A stretch of 64,000 nucleotides of DNA from Arenicellales bacterium (GTDB lineage: Bacteria > Pseudomonadota > Gammaproteobacteria > Arenicellales > JAJDZL01). Position numbers and translations under genes: made by a program. The stretch is from positions 523,987 to 587,986 of the forward strand of contig OZ246969.1 in assembly GCA_965232345.1 (NCBI GenBank). The letters are read 5' to 3'. A model generated the notes under the pieces. It was not told where the DNA came from. It did no database searches and saw only the letters and a program-made list of their open reading frames with translations. Shown piece after piece: positions 1 through 10,248 of the stretch. Positions within the stretch are counted from its first letter, which is position 1; the number at the start of each line of letters is the position of its first letter.

Positions 1-256
1 TGTAGAATGCTGACCGATCCTTGAACTCAAGCGTCGTTTGAGAAGCCTCTTTGCCGCTGCTGATGGTTGCGCCATCCCACAGTCGAATGTCAATCGGCGG
101 ATTGCCTGAGAATTGCAGTAATTTTCTGAGTGCGAGAAGATCGATGGCAGACGGAGCTGAGGAATTGCGGCTTCGGCTCCGATTTGTCATCGCCAATGGC
201 TGCGTCTGTCTTCCAGTAGTCATCTGGGGTGTCCTTACTTTCAGAGTGATTGAAAT

Positions 257-1336
257 TTACAAGTCAAACAGCGACTCCTGCCGGCCGCTTATCGATGTGC
301 TGCGGAACTGAGACGTATCCATCTCAACCGGCAATCGGTCCAGGCCGTATTTCTTGATCGCAGCCTGGAACCGCTGCTGAATGAGATCGGCGATCGGTCC
401 GGTTCCGCGCATGCGTTCAAAAAAATCTGTGCTGTTCTCCTTGCCGCCGCGCACCTGGCGAATGAGGCTCATGACTTTTGATTTCTTGTCCGGGTACGCC
501 TGCTCCAGCCATTGCGGGAACAGATCCCTGACCTCATGCGAAAGCCGCAGCATCGTCCACTCAGCGCGCAGGGCTCCTGCCTGGGCGCTCAGTTTCAGAA
601 TCGACTCCATTTCGTGCTCATTCAGTCCGGGAATGACCGGCGCAAAGAATATTGTAACTGGAATGCCCCGCTCTGCCAATTGCGAAACTGCCTTCAGCCG
701 GCTGTGCGGCGCGCTGGCTCTGGGCTCCATCAAACGCGAAAGCTTCGAATCCAGTGTCGTTATGGAAACATTGACACCCAGCAGATTCAGGCTCGCCAGC
801 TGTGACAGCAGCTCAATATCGCGGACGATTGAAGCGGATTTTGTCGTGATTGTGAGTGGATGACGGTATATCAGCAGCACCTCCAAGATCTGGCGGGTCA
901 GCTGGTGCTGCTTCTCAATGGGCTGGTACGGATCGGTGTTCGCACCCAGCGCGATCACATCACACTGATATGAAGGCGACTCCAGCTCCCTGCGAAGCTT
1001 GGCCGCGACATCGGTCTTGGCAAACAGATGTGTCTCGAAGTCAAGCCCTGCCGACAGCCCGAGGTAGGTGTGGCTGGGGCGGGCATAACAGTAACTGCAC
1101 CCATGCTCGCAGCCCCGATACATGTTGATGGAACGATCAAACGGCAGGTCCGGCGAGCTGTTCCATGCAATAACCTTGCGCGCGCGGTCTATCTCGACCC
1201 ATGTCTGCTGCGGCGGCAGCGGCTCTTCGTACCAGCCATCATCGACCGCGCTTCGAGTCCAGTCTTCGAATCGGCCGGAAACGTTGGAAGCGGCGCCGCG
1301 TCCCTTTTTCAAATTCGGCTGCATCTCGGGACTCAT
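257..1336 (-). CDS. radical SAM protein (PA0069 / SplB-like family)
   Basis: 359-aa ORF. CEHGCSYCY gives the CxxxCxxC radical-SAM Fe-S motif. The ATG overlaps the TGA of the upstream gene (ATGA, 1333-1336). Overlapping plus-strand ORFs look like shadow frames. Confidence 0.75.
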   Translation of the reverse strand: MSPEMQPNLKKGRGAASNVSGRFEDWTRSAVDDGWYEEPLPPQQTWVEIDRARKVIAWNSSPDLPFDRSINMYRGCEHGCSYCYARPSHTYLGLSAGLDFETHLFAKTDVAAKLRRELESPSYQCDVIALGANTDPYQPIEKQHQLTRQILEVLLIYRHPLTITTKSASIVRDIELLSQLASLNLLGVNVSITTLDSKLSRLMEPRASAPHSRLKAVSQLAERGIPVTIFFAPVIPGLNEHEMESILKLSAQAGALRAEWTMLRLSHEVRDLFPQWLEQAYPDKKSKVMSLIRQVRGGKENSTDFFERMRGTGPIADLIQQRFQAAIKKYGLDRLPVEMDTSQFRSTSISGRQESLFDL

Positions 1337-2412
1337 TCCGCAGAATCCAGTTCATCATGCGCCCGCGGCCAGGCAATCAGAACCGCCTGCACCAGCGTCG
1401 CCAGCGGGATCGCGAAAAACACACCCCACACACCCCATAATCCGCCGAAAACGATCACCGCCACAACGATGGCGACGGGATGAAGATCCACCACCTCTGA
1501 GAAGATCAGCGGCACCAGCACATTGCCATCCAGAATCTGAATGATCAGGTAGGCGATCACCAGATAGGCGAACTCCGGGCTTAAACCCCACTGCGCGCCC
1601 GCGACAACGATCACCGGAATGGTAACCACGGCTGCGCCGACAAACGGGATCAGCACCGACAGGCCGACGATGACACTCAGCAACGCGGCAAACTGAAGAC
1701 CGAATATGGTGAAAGTCGTGAAGGTGACACCGCCGACGATCAGAATCTCCCAGAACTTGCCGCGGATGTAATTCGACATCTGCCGATCGACATTCTGCCA
1801 CACTGTCATGGTCAGGCCGTGATCCTTGTCCGGAAAGAAATTCACGATCCAGGCAGTCAGTTTCACCTTGTCTTTCAAAAAGAAAAACACCATTATCGGC
1901 ACCAGAATCACATAAATGACCACTGTTATGATTCCTGTAACCGAAGAGGCGGACCAAGCCACTACAATCTGCTGACCGAGCTCTGTGACGAACTGAGCGG
2001 TCGTGCTGATGAAGTTCCGCACCTGCGTTTCGGAGATTATGTCGGGATACTGCTGCGGCAGCTGCAGCAGCGCAGACTGAATGTTGGCAACCCATGTCGG
2101 AATCTGGCTCGCCAGCTGCAGCGCCTGCGCGCTGACCACAGGCAGGATTCCGAATACCAGCGCGAAGCAAAGCACAAAGAAAAGTCCCAGCACAATCAGC
2201 ACCGCCCCCAGGCGCGGCACCTTGATCGCCTCGAATCTTTTCACCACACCTTCCAGAATGTAGGCGATGACGACACTTGCAATAACCGGCGCCATCAAGG
2301 CCCCGAAGTAAATCACCAGGGTGAACCCGACGATCAGAAACAGAGCAAGTATGATGACCTGCGGATTATTGAGCTGGCGCCGGAACCAGTTGACGATGTT
2401 CTGCATGATCAA
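1333..2412 (-). CDS. AI-2E family transporter (PerM/YhhT-like permease)
   Basis: 359-aa strongly hydrophobic multi-TM ORF. The C-terminal half (FGLQFAALLSVIVGLSVLIPFVGA...GGLWGVWGVFFAIPLA) is typical of the AI-2E/PerM family. Confidence 0.75.
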   Translation of the reverse strand: MIMQNIVNWFRRQLNNPQVIILALFLIVGFTLVIYFGALMAPVIASVVIAYILEGVVKRFEAIKVPRLGAVLIVLGLFFVLCFALVFGILPVVSAQALQLASQIPTWVANIQSALLQLPQQYPDIISETQVRNFISTTAQFVTELGQQIVVAWSASSVTGIITVVIYVILVPIMVFFFLKDKVKLTAWIVNFFPDKDHGLTMTVWQNVDRQMSNYIRGKFWEILIVGGVTFTTFTIFGLQFAALLSVIVGLSVLIPFVGAAVVTIPVIVVAGAQWGLSPEFAYLVIAYLIIQILDGNVLVPLIFSEVVDLHPVAIVVAVIVFGGLWGVWGVFFAIPLATLVQAVLIAWPRAHDELDSAE

Positions 2413-2449
2413 CCCGCCTGCGGCGATTCAGTGTCGCGCCGGTTCATGC

Positions 2450-2863
2450 TCAAAGCACCTGGAACTCGAAGGTGATCTCAGCGGTTTGGGCGAGCATGCG
2501 CGTGGCGGAGCAGTATTTCTCGAGCGACAGCTCGATGGCGCGCTTGACCTCTTTCTCAGTGATGCCCCCGCCCTTCACGCGGTACTTGAGATGAATCCGG
2601 GTGAACACTTTGGGGACTTCCTCCGCTCGGTCAGCTTCAAGATCAATTTCGAGAAGCTCCGGCTCGCGGCGGCGCTTGCGGAGTATCTGCGCCACATCGA
2701 ACGCGGTGCAGCCGCCCATGCCCAGAAGCACCATCTCCATCGGCCGCATGCCGGCGTTCTTTCCACCCTCTTCCGCAGGACCGTCAGACGCGGTGCTGTG
2801 ACCGGTTCCGGATGTGAGGCGGAAATTCACCCCATCCAGCAATTCGACCTTGCCTTCCATCAT
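2450..2863 (-). CDS. OsmC/Ohr family protein
   Basis: 137-aa ORF with an OsmC-like core (MRPMEMVLLGMGGCTAFDV ... EKYCSATRML, two conserved Cys). Its start overlaps the trpC stop (2860-2863). Confidence 0.7.
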   Translation of the reverse strand: MMEGKVELLDGVNFRLTSGTGHSTASDGPAEEGGKNAGMRPMEMVLLGMGGCTAFDVAQILRKRRREPELLEIDLEADRAEEVPKVFTRIHLKYRVKGGGITEKEVKRAIELSLEKYCSATRMLAQTAEITFEFQVL

Positions 2864-3693
2864 GCCACCGCTCCGGATTCAACGGCCAGCCGCTCGGCGC
2901 TGAAGATCTGACGAAGGGCCGCGCCGGGGTCCGCGGCCCGCATGAACGACTCTCCGATGAGAAACGCATTGATGCCCGCTGATTTGAGCGCTAGAACATC
3001 TTCAGAGCTGTGAATGCCGCTTTCCGCGACAACGAGCCGATCTGCCGGCACCTGCCGACTCAGCTCGATCGAAGTCTCAAGTGTGGTTTCGGATGTTCGA
3101 AGGTTGCGGTTGTTGATGCCCAGCATGCCATGCTCGACCTGCAGCGCGACTTCCAGTTCCTCTTCCGTGTGAACCTCAACGAGAACGTCAAGGCCCAGCT
3201 CGATCGCTTCAGCCGAAAAATCCTGCAGTTCGGCAAGACCCAGAATCGCGGCAATGAGCAGAATGCAGTCCGCGCCGATGGCGCGCGACTCGCGGATCTG
3301 GTATGCGTCAATCATGAAGTCCTTGCGCAGGACCGGCAAGCCGCTGATCAGCCGGGCGGCTTTCAGATGCTGAACTGAGCCCTGAAAAAACTGCTGATCT
3401 GTCAATACTGAAAGACAGCTGGCGCCGGCTCTCTGGTAGCTGCTCGCGATATTCGTGACATCGTACTTCGGTCGAATCACACCCTTGCTTGGCGAAGCTT
3501 TCTTGCATTCCGCGATAATGCCTGAGCGGCCTTCCGCGATATGCTGACGTATCTGACGTTCGAATCCTCTGGGCGGGCTGGACGACTGAATCAAATCGTT
3601 GATTTCAGCGAGTGTCACCGCTGACTTCGCGGCTGCAACCTCAAGCCGCTTGCTTTCCACGATGGATGTGAGAACATCCGCTGGTCTGGACAT
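2860..3693 (-). CDS. trpC: indole-3-glycerol phosphate synthase
   Basis: 277-aa ORF with IIAECKKASPSKG, LSVLTD..FFQG, LRKDF and NNRNL motifs characteristic of TrpC. It lies directly after trpD. Confidence 0.9.
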   Translation of the reverse strand: MSRPADVLTSIVESKRLEVAAAKSAVTLAEINDLIQSSSPPRGFERQIRQHIAEGRSGIIAECKKASPSKGVIRPKYDVTNIASSYQRAGASCLSVLTDQQFFQGSVQHLKAARLISGLPVLRKDFMIDAYQIRESRAIGADCILLIAAILGLAELQDFSAEAIELGLDVLVEVHTEEELEVALQVEHGMLGINNRNLRTSETTLETSIELSRQVPADRLVVAESGIHSSEDVLALKSAGINAFLIGESFMRAADPGAALRQIFSAERLAVESGAVA

Positions 3694-3694
3694 G

Positions 3695-4735
3695 CTAAAA
3701 ACTGTTGGTGAACTCTACATACCGGTCAAATCTGGCCGCCACCTCTCCGGAGCGGAGCAGTTCCTGAGCACGGCCGATTCCACCTGCGAGGTCTTCGGCA
3801 AGACCTGCAACATAAATGGCTGCGCCGGCATTCATCGAAGTGATCGCAAACGCGGCCGACTCATCACCTGCAAACACAGATTGAATGACGGCGAGACTCT
3901 CATCAGGATCGGCAACGGCAACCTCATCCACGGAATGTGACGCAATGCCAAACTGCGCGGGACTGATGGTATAGGCTGTGACCTCGCCATCTTTCAACTC
4001 AGCAACCTGAGTGGAGCTTCCCACGCTGATCTCATCCATTCCGTCATCTGAATGGACGACCATCACATGCTCTGAGCCCAATTTGCCCAGCACGTGCGCC
4101 AGCGGCTCAACCAGTTCGGCGCTGAACACACCCATCATCTCGCGTTTGACATGCGCCGGATTGGTGAGCGGGCCCAGCACATTGAATATTGTTCGAACCC
4201 CCAGTTCCTTGCGGGCTCCGATCGCATGTTTCATCGCGGTGTGGTGGGCGGGCGCCAGCATGAACCCGAATCCGGTGTTTCTGACACACTCGGCAATCTG
4301 ACCGGTGTTCAGGTCAATTCGCGCACCGGCGCGCTCCAGCAGATCGGCGCTTCCGCACTTGCTCGAAGCCGCGCGGTTGCCGTGCTTGGCAACGTGCGCT
4401 CCGGCCGCGGCAGCAACAAAGGCTGATGCGGTTGACACATTGAACGAAGAGACGCCATCGCCGCCGGTGCCGACAACATCAATGAGGTGCGGCACATCGA
4501 CTCGAACGCTGTCGACCAGCTCGCGCATCACAGTTGCGGCCGCGGTGATCTCTTCAATCGACTCACCCTTCATGCGCAGCCCAACCAAGAATCCGCCGAT
4601 CTGGGAAGCAGTCAGCTTGCCGGTCATGATCTGGCGCATGATATCCAGCATCTCTTCTCCGGTCAGATTCTGACCGGCGGAGATTCGAGTGAGAGCTTCC
4701 TTGATGTCCATTGACCCGATCAGATCAGAATTCAC
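3695..4735 (-). CDS. trpD: anthranilate phosphoribosyltransferase
   Basis: 346-aa ORF with VGTGGDG..SFNVST and HGNRAASSKCGSADLLE motifs. Its start overlaps the trpG stop. Confidence 0.92.
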   Translation of the reverse strand: MNSDLIGSMDIKEALTRISAGQNLTGEEMLDIMRQIMTGKLTASQIGGFLVGLRMKGESIEEITAAATVMRELVDSVRVDVPHLIDVVGTGGDGVSSFNVSTASAFVAAAAGAHVAKHGNRAASSKCGSADLLERAGARIDLNTGQIAECVRNTGFGFMLAPAHHTAMKHAIGARKELGVRTIFNVLGPLTNPAHVKREMMGVFSAELVEPLAHVLGKLGSEHVMVVHSDDGMDEISVGSSTQVAELKDGEVTAYTISPAQFGIASHSVDEVAVADPDESLAVIQSVFAGDESAAFAITSMNAGAAIYVAGLAEDLAGGIGRAQELLRSGEVAARFDRYVEFTNSF

Positions 4736-5310
4736 GCTCTAACGTTGCTCAAGCGAAGGAAATTGTCCAACAGACTGTGTCCGCAGGCGGTCAAGAAAGA
4801 TTCCGGATGAAATTGAACGCCATAGATTTGATGCTGCTTGTGCTTCACTCCCATTATGATACCGTCTCTGGTCCAGGCGGTGATTTCCAGGCAGTCGGGC
4901 AGACTGTCCCGCTGGGCGATCAGGGAATGGTAGCGAGTCGCAGAAAACGGAATCTTGATATCGTCAAACAGATCATCGCCGTGGTGATAGATTTCGGAAA
5001 GCTTGCCGTGCATGACCTGATCAGCGCGCACGATTTCAGCGCCGAACGCGTGGCAGATGCTCTGGTGTCCCAGGCACACCCCGAATATGGGCAGCTTGCC
5101 CGCATAGCGCTTGACTGTCGCAACAGAGATTCCCGCTTCATTGGGAGTGCAGGGGCCTGGGGAGATGATGATCGCAGACGGCGCCATCGGCTCTATATCA
5201 TCAATCTCGATTGCATCATTCCGAACCACAGTCGACTGATGCCCCAATTCCCCCAGATACTGAACCAGGTTGTAGGTGAATGAATCGTAATTGTCAATCA
5301 AAAGCAACAT
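4732..5310 (-). CDS. trpG: anthranilate synthase component II (glutamine amidotransferase)
   Basis: The ORF is open to 5442, but homology starts at MLLLIDNYDSFTYNLVQYL (ATG at 5310). GVCLGHQ contains the catalytic Cys, and the YGVQFHPES motif is present. Confidence 0.88.
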   Translation of the reverse strand: MLLLIDNYDSFTYNLVQYLGELGHQSTVVRNDAIEIDDIEPMAPSAIIISPGPCTPNEAGISVATVKRYAGKLPIFGVCLGHQSICHAFGAEIVRADQVMHGKLSEIYHHGDDLFDDIKIPFSATRYHSLIAQRDSLPDCLEITAWTRDGIIMGVKHKQHQIYGVQFHPESFLTACGHSLLDNFLRLSNVRA

Positions 5311-5884
5311 AGGTATGCGTGAATTTTCTTGCAGTTCGTGGTGTGCATGCACAATCAGCAGACTGAACCTCCAAAACCGCGACAGAAAAGTCAATTTCTT
5401 TGGACAACGCAGATGAATTATCAAGTGATTTAACTGATGCACATTTTACTTTGTTTTTATAGCGTTACCGCTTGGCACGGAAAATCAAAACAAGACGAAT
5501 CGGTTAATTAATTCGAGGAATTCCTAAATTTGAGTTGCTACAACAAATAGCGTATATAAATTTGAACCATGGCATTGGTACATGTTTAGTCTCCAACAGC
5601 AAAAAATTTTATGAGGTATTGCATCATCCTAACCAATACCGCACGCACAACAGACTACGCAAGGCGAGCGAATGGAAAAAAAGTTGAATTGAATGGGTTA
5701 TTACCACCACAAAAGATCCTAAAACGCGTATCTGCTTAAATCTAACTTCTTTCGCTTTAGTATTACCAAGTGCCATCGTCAAATAACTGAGATATATTTC
5801 GAACTCAAGCCAGGAAATCCTGGTTAAATTGATATCAAATGAAATTCAATTTCGGCAAAAAACTTCTATTAGCAGCTGCCACCA

Positions 5885-7171
5885 ATGAATTCTAGTGAAC
5901 CCATTGTGTTTGAATACACAACTATAACCAAATTTCATGAAACTGAATTACAGAGACCCTGTCCTGTTCGTGCAATTCTCTATCGATCACCTAAGCTGAA
6001 TTTTGAAATAGAATCAGATGAATTTCCAAATTTTATTTTCTGTGACTTGCTTGAAAAACCGTTCGATATAGTTTTGGAAAATGGAACTACAATCAATGTT
6101 CGTGTCAATCGTGTAGGAAATGTTTCAAAGAATTTCTTAAGCGGTTCTCTTGAACTGGTAGTTGGTCCCTGTCAAGTAGTAAACTCAACACTTCCACTCC
6201 GTAAAGTTTGCTTTGAGGTTGCAAATTTAAACAAATTTTTTTGCAATCAATATCAATCTGTCAAAGACGGAACTTTTAATCGGCTTCTCGGAAAAGCTAA
6301 TTTTGAGACAGAATGTGGTTGGAAGATTGTAGTAAATGAAGTTCTAAATTCAGAAGCACATTCAACATCGAAAGCACAAACAGCGGATTACATTGTTACC
6401 CATGAAGGCACGATAAATCGCTCCGATGGCACTGAATTTTCAGTTGCGGAAGCTAAAAGTCTAGTAGATGGTCTTGAATGCTACCTTTCACTGTTCCAAG
6501 GCAAACGGTGTGGATTTTTTCGAGTAACTGGTGAAAGTAAAGACGGCAAGATTTCACCGTTGTTGTGGGGCACGAAGTTTATTGAACCATGGGTACCAAG
6601 GGTTGCTCTATTGTCTGGCCGACCGCCAAATGGAACCAAAATTTCTACTACATTTTCAGATTTTTGGAAGTTGCTCGAGTGTGATAATTGGGGAAAGGAT
6701 TTATATCGGGCTATTGATTTTTACTTGAATAGCAAAACTTTCGACTTTGAAAGTGGAATTGTGCTAGCTCAAGCTTCATTAGAACTACTGTCTTCTAAAG
6801 TCAATCAAAATGTAATTCGAGGAGCTGCTAACTCAATAAGAAATGCTCTTGAAGAGCTAGAAATTCCGCGAAATATTCCTAGTTGGTTCAATAATTTACG
6901 ACTCTTCGCCGAACGAAATACCTGTGACTTCCCTTGGGATGCTCCAATGGTGATAACTAAAATTCGTAATGATATTGTTCATCCTGAAACTCGTTTTCAA
7001 GTTACGTGGCAAGATTTAATAGAAACACACAGATTATGCTTGTGGTACATAGAAATGATTCTATTGAGGAAAATAAACTTTCAAGGAAACTATTGGAATA
7101 GATATATCGTGGAAAATATCAGTCCGTACTGTGCCGTTCCTTGGGAAGAAGCTATTTCTTCAGAGAACTGA
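5885..7171 (+). CDS. hypothetical protein with C-terminal HEPN-type RNxxxH motif (ApeA-like candidate)
   Basis: 428-aa ORF, the only long ORF in a conspicuously AT-rich stretch. The motif ITKIRNDIVHPE (R361..H366, nt 6965-6982) sits in a helical-looking C-terminal third. No other family signature was recognised. Confidence 0.55.
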   Translation: MNSSEPIVFEYTTITKFHETELQRPCPVRAILYRSPKLNFEIESDEFPNFIFCDLLEKPFDIVLENGTTINVRVNRVGNVSKNFLSGSLELVVGPCQVVNSTLPLRKVCFEVANLNKFFCNQYQSVKDGTFNRLLGKANFETECGWKIVVNEVLNSEAHSTSKAQTADYIVTHEGTINRSDGTEFSVAEAKSLVDGLECYLSLFQGKRCGFFRVTGESKDGKISPLLWGTKFIEPWVPRVALLSGRPPNGTKISTTFSDFWKLLECDNWGKDLYRAIDFYLNSKTFDFESGIVLAQASLELLSSKVNQNVIRGAANSIRNALEELEIPRNIPSWFNNLRLFAERNTCDFPWDAPMVITKIRNDIVHPETRFQVTWQDLIETHRLCLWYIEMILLRKINFQGNYWNRYIVENISPYCAVPWEEAISSEN

Positions 7172-7267
7172 ACTTACTTATATTCAAGTTCATCAAATAC
7201 TTTCGTCTTCCATATACACTGACTCGGCTGATTCAGACATTCGAATCGATCGCAGTTTCTATCAGCA

Positions 7268-7921
7268 ATGGGCACACGTCAGCAGGAATTTCTCTCATTC
7301 GCATACGCCGGCGGCGCACTCAAGTTCGGCGAGTTTGTTCTCAATTCAGGCCGCACCAGTCCCTACTTCCTGAATACCGGCAATTTTTCCAACGGTTCTG
7401 ACCTGATGACATTGAGCGACTTCTATGCGGCTGCCATCGTATCGCACTTCGCAGATAACTTCATGCTCTACGGCCCGGCCTACAAGGGGATCCCTCTGGC
7501 TTCAGCAACCGCGGTTTCACTTTTTCGCAACCATGACCGTTCAGTGCTCTTCGCATTTGACCGCAAAGAAGCCAAGGATCACGGTGAGCTGGGCTGGATC
7601 GTCGGCGCACCGCTTCGCGGTGATGTGATCATTGTCGAAGATGTGATCACCTCGGGTCTTTCCATTGACAAGGCTGTCGGCATCATTGAAGCTCAGGGTG
7701 CCAATCCAGCCGCCGCGGTGATCTCATTGGACCGAATGGAACGCTCGATCGATTCAGATCAGTCCGCAGTTCAGCAGGTTCAGACAAAACACAGCATCGA
7801 GGTCCTGCCGCTGGCAACTTTTGATGATCTGCTTGAATTTGTAGATAATGTTACCGAGTTGCATGAATCTGCCCGCCGGCTTCAGGAATATGGAAAAAAA
7901 TTTGTCGTCAGCTCACACTAA
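7268..7921 (+). CDS. pyrE: orotate phosphoribosyltransferase
   Basis: 217-aa ORF with FGEFVLNSGRTSPYF and the PRPP-binding loop VIIVEDVITSGLS. Confidence 0.9.
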   Translation: MGTRQQEFLSFAYAGGALKFGEFVLNSGRTSPYFLNTGNFSNGSDLMTLSDFYAAAIVSHFADNFMLYGPAYKGIPLASATAVSLFRNHDRSVLFAFDRKEAKDHGELGWIVGAPLRGDVIIVEDVITSGLSIDKAVGIIEAQGANPAAAVISLDRMERSIDSDQSAVQQVQTKHSIEVLPLATFDDLLEFVDNVTELHESARRLQEYGKKFVVSSH

Positions 7922-7943
7922 TCGTACCTAGCATCAATCCTCC

Positions 7944-8900
7944 ATGCCAGTCACTCACTCACATCACGCAGTTCTATTCGGCGGAGCCGGATTCATAGGC
8001 TCTCAGGTTGTCCTGGCGCTGTCGCGCGAAGGTTGGACGGTTACGGTCGTGACCAAGCGTCCGCACCGGCATCGCAACCTGCTGGTAATTCCAACACTGA
8101 AAATGGTTGAGGCAGGCGATCTTTCCCGTGACTCGATTTCAGAGCTGATAAACGAGTCAGATACAGTCATCAATCTGATCGGCATCCTCAATCAGTCAAG
8201 AACCGATACCTTTGCCGAGATTCACACCAGCCTTCCAAGCCGAATCGCGGAAGTCTGCCTGCAGAACAAGGCAAGGCGGCTGATCAATATGAGCGCATTG
8301 GGCGCGTCACCCGATGCACCCAGCGAATATCTCAGATCGCGCGGCCTGGCAGAGCAGGCATTGCAGTCGATGACGCAATCCGGTCTTGAGTGCACGGTCA
8401 TTCGACCATCGATTGTCTTCGGACCCGAAGATTCGTTCTCTCGGATGTTTCAGTCGATGCTGTCGATGAGTCCGTTGATTTTTCCGCTGGTCGCACCCAA
8501 CGCGCAGGTGCAGCCGGTCTATGTCAAAGATGTCGTTCGATGCATCGTTCACGCCATCAATGTCAAAAAGTCCAATCTGGGATGTTTTGATGTCGCGGGC
8601 CCCGAAATTCTGACGCTGAAGGAATTTGTAAGTCTGATTGACCAGCTTAGCGGCATGCGTCATCGGATCATCGGACTGAATCCGTTCCTGTCCAAGCTGA
8701 TGGCGAGTTTCGCACAGTTCGCCCCGGGCAAGCCCTTGACTCCTGACAACCTGCTGTCGCTTCAGACTCCGGGTTCGGTCAGAGAGGGCACACCCGAACC
8801 TTATGGCATTCAGCCGACGCGATTCGAATCTGTTGCTGGAACCTGGCTGGGCGGGTATACCGATCAGTACGATCAGTTTCGAACGCAGGCGGGCCGCTGA
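7944..8900 (+). CDS. NAD(P)-binding SDR-superfamily protein (NDUFA9/epimerase-like)
   Basis: 318-aa ORF with an N-terminal Rossmann motif VLFGGAGFIGSQVV. Overall it looks like atypical SDR / complex I NDUFA9-like proteins. Confidence 0.7.
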   Translation: MPVTHSHHAVLFGGAGFIGSQVVLALSREGWTVTVVTKRPHRHRNLLVIPTLKMVEAGDLSRDSISELINESDTVINLIGILNQSRTDTFAEIHTSLPSRIAEVCLQNKARRLINMSALGASPDAPSEYLRSRGLAEQALQSMTQSGLECTVIRPSIVFGPEDSFSRMFQSMLSMSPLIFPLVAPNAQVQPVYVKDVVRCIVHAINVKKSNLGCFDVAGPEILTLKEFVSLIDQLSGMRHRIIGLNPFLSKLMASFAQFAPGKPLTPDNLLSLQTPGSVREGTPEPYGIQPTRFESVAGTWLGGYTDQYDQFRTQAGR

Positions 8901-9021
8901 TTTCGGCAAGACACCTGGCATGCCGGTGTCTTGCACTTTGAAACCGCCGCAGCAGGATGTCGGTGATCAGCATCGCAATCGAACCGGCTATTTTACATTT
9001 TCCAACTTGCGCTCCTGACCG

Positions 9022-10248
9022 ATGATCGACCGTCCAATCAGACGGATTTCTGATCTTGAATGCTACCTGGTGGGTGGTGCGGTGCGCGATCAAATGCTTG
9101 GCATTGAGCGCGGCGATAAAGACTGGGTAGTCGTCGGCGCAACAGAAGAATCAATGCTGGCGCTGGGATTTCTTCGAGTCGGCAGAGACTTTCCGGTGTT
9201 TCTGCATCCCGAAACGCATGAAGAGTATGCTCTGGCGAGAACCGAGCGCAAGATCGGCAAGGGCTACAAGGGATTTGATGTCGATACATCCCAAACCGTC
9301 ACCTTGGAGCAGGACCTTTACCGCCGGGACCTGACAGTCAATGCAATGGCGCTGGATGCGGATGGCAGTCTGATCGATCCCTTCGGTGGAAAGCGGGATT
9401 TGGAAAACGGTCTTTTGCGTCACGTCTCGCCGCACTTTTCTGAAGATCCGCTTCGAGTCTTGAGGGTCGCAAGGTTCGCGGCGCGCTTTCACAGCAAAGG
9501 ATTTGTTGTCGACGAGACGACCCTTGCGCTCATGCAGGAGCTGGCGATGAGTGGCGAGCTTGACTACCTGACTGCGGAGCGGGTCTTGCAGGAGGTGCTG
9601 AGCGCATTGTCTGAAGACCATCCCAGCATATTCTTCATGGTTTTGCAAGCATGCAGTGCGCTGGCGACGCTGTTTCCTGAAATTCACCCGTTGTTTGAGC
9701 GCGATTCCGGGGAGGTTTCACCGTTGTCGAAGCTTGATGCGGCCGCACGAATGACGCATGACGTTGAATTTCGGTTTGCGATGCTTGCCTATCTGGTCAA
9801 CCGTTGCAGAACTCAGACCGATGCGGAAGCAGCGAACGCGGCTTCAGTCCGCCGGCTTTGCAAACGGTTGAAAACTTCCCGCAATCAGCAAAGTCTTGCA
9901 GTCCGGACAAGCATGTTCGCTGAACGAATCATGACCCTTCAAGAAACGCCGGCAAAAGAGACAGTTGCGATGATCCTGGCACTGAACGGACTTCGAGATC
10001 AGAAAGGTTTCTCGCAGTTCATGGATGCATCTTCAGTTGTGCTGACTGCAATGCACGAAGACGAGTTCAAAGTTCGACAGGCGGTCGAGCTGATTGGCGA
10101 ATGTCGAAACTGCATGCACGAGACGGATATGAAAGATCTGGTGAAACTATTCGAAGGCGATCAGCTTCGCGATCAGGTCCGAAAAGCCTACATCGAGAGC
10201 GTCACCCGATGTTTGGAGAAAAGCGCCGCTATAAGATCGTCAGAATGA
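9022..10248 (+). CDS. cca: CCA-adding tRNA nucleotidyltransferase
   Basis: 408-aa ORF with YLVGGAVRD...GDKDWVVVG, the RDLTVNAMA nucleotidyltransferase core, and an HD-like C-terminal part. Confidence 0.88.
   Translation: MIDRPIRRISDLECYLVGGAVRDQMLGIERGDKDWVVVGATEESMLALGFLRVGRDFPVFLHPETHEEYALARTERKIGKGYKGFDVDTSQTVTLEQDLYRRDLTVNAMALDADGSLIDPFGGKRDLENGLLRHVSPHFSEDPLRVLRVARFAARFHSKGFVVDETTLALMQELAMSGELDYLTAERVLQEVLSALSEDHPSIFFMVLQACSALATLFPEIHPLFERDSGEVSPLSKLDAAARMTHDVEFRFAMLAYLVNRCRTQTDAEAANAASVRRLCKRLKTSRNQQSLAVRTSMFAERIMTLQETPAKETVAMILALNGLRDQKGFSQFMDASSVVLTAMHEDEFKVRQAVELIGECRNCMHETDMKDLVKLFEGDQLRDQVRKAYIESVTRCLEKSAAIRSSE

Noticed and set aside
5598-5614. The exact 17-nt string agcaaaaaattttatga is present in both AT-rich islands (5598-5614 and 19957-19973, both on the plus strand). 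I considered it a possible shared att or insertion scar.
   Set aside because: It is low-complexity A/T sequence in two AT-rich regions, with no extended similarity on either side. It sits at non-equivalent positions relative to the island genes. A chance match is plausible.
5611-5739. A 42-codon ORF (MRYCIILTNTARTTDYARRANGKKVELNGLLPPQKILKRVSA) upstream of the HEPN-motif gene, considered as a possible antitoxin or partner.
   Set aside because: It has no RBS or recognisable fold or motif. A short ORF in AT-rich DNA is expected by chance. I mention it only because a partner for a HEPN toxin would be of interest.
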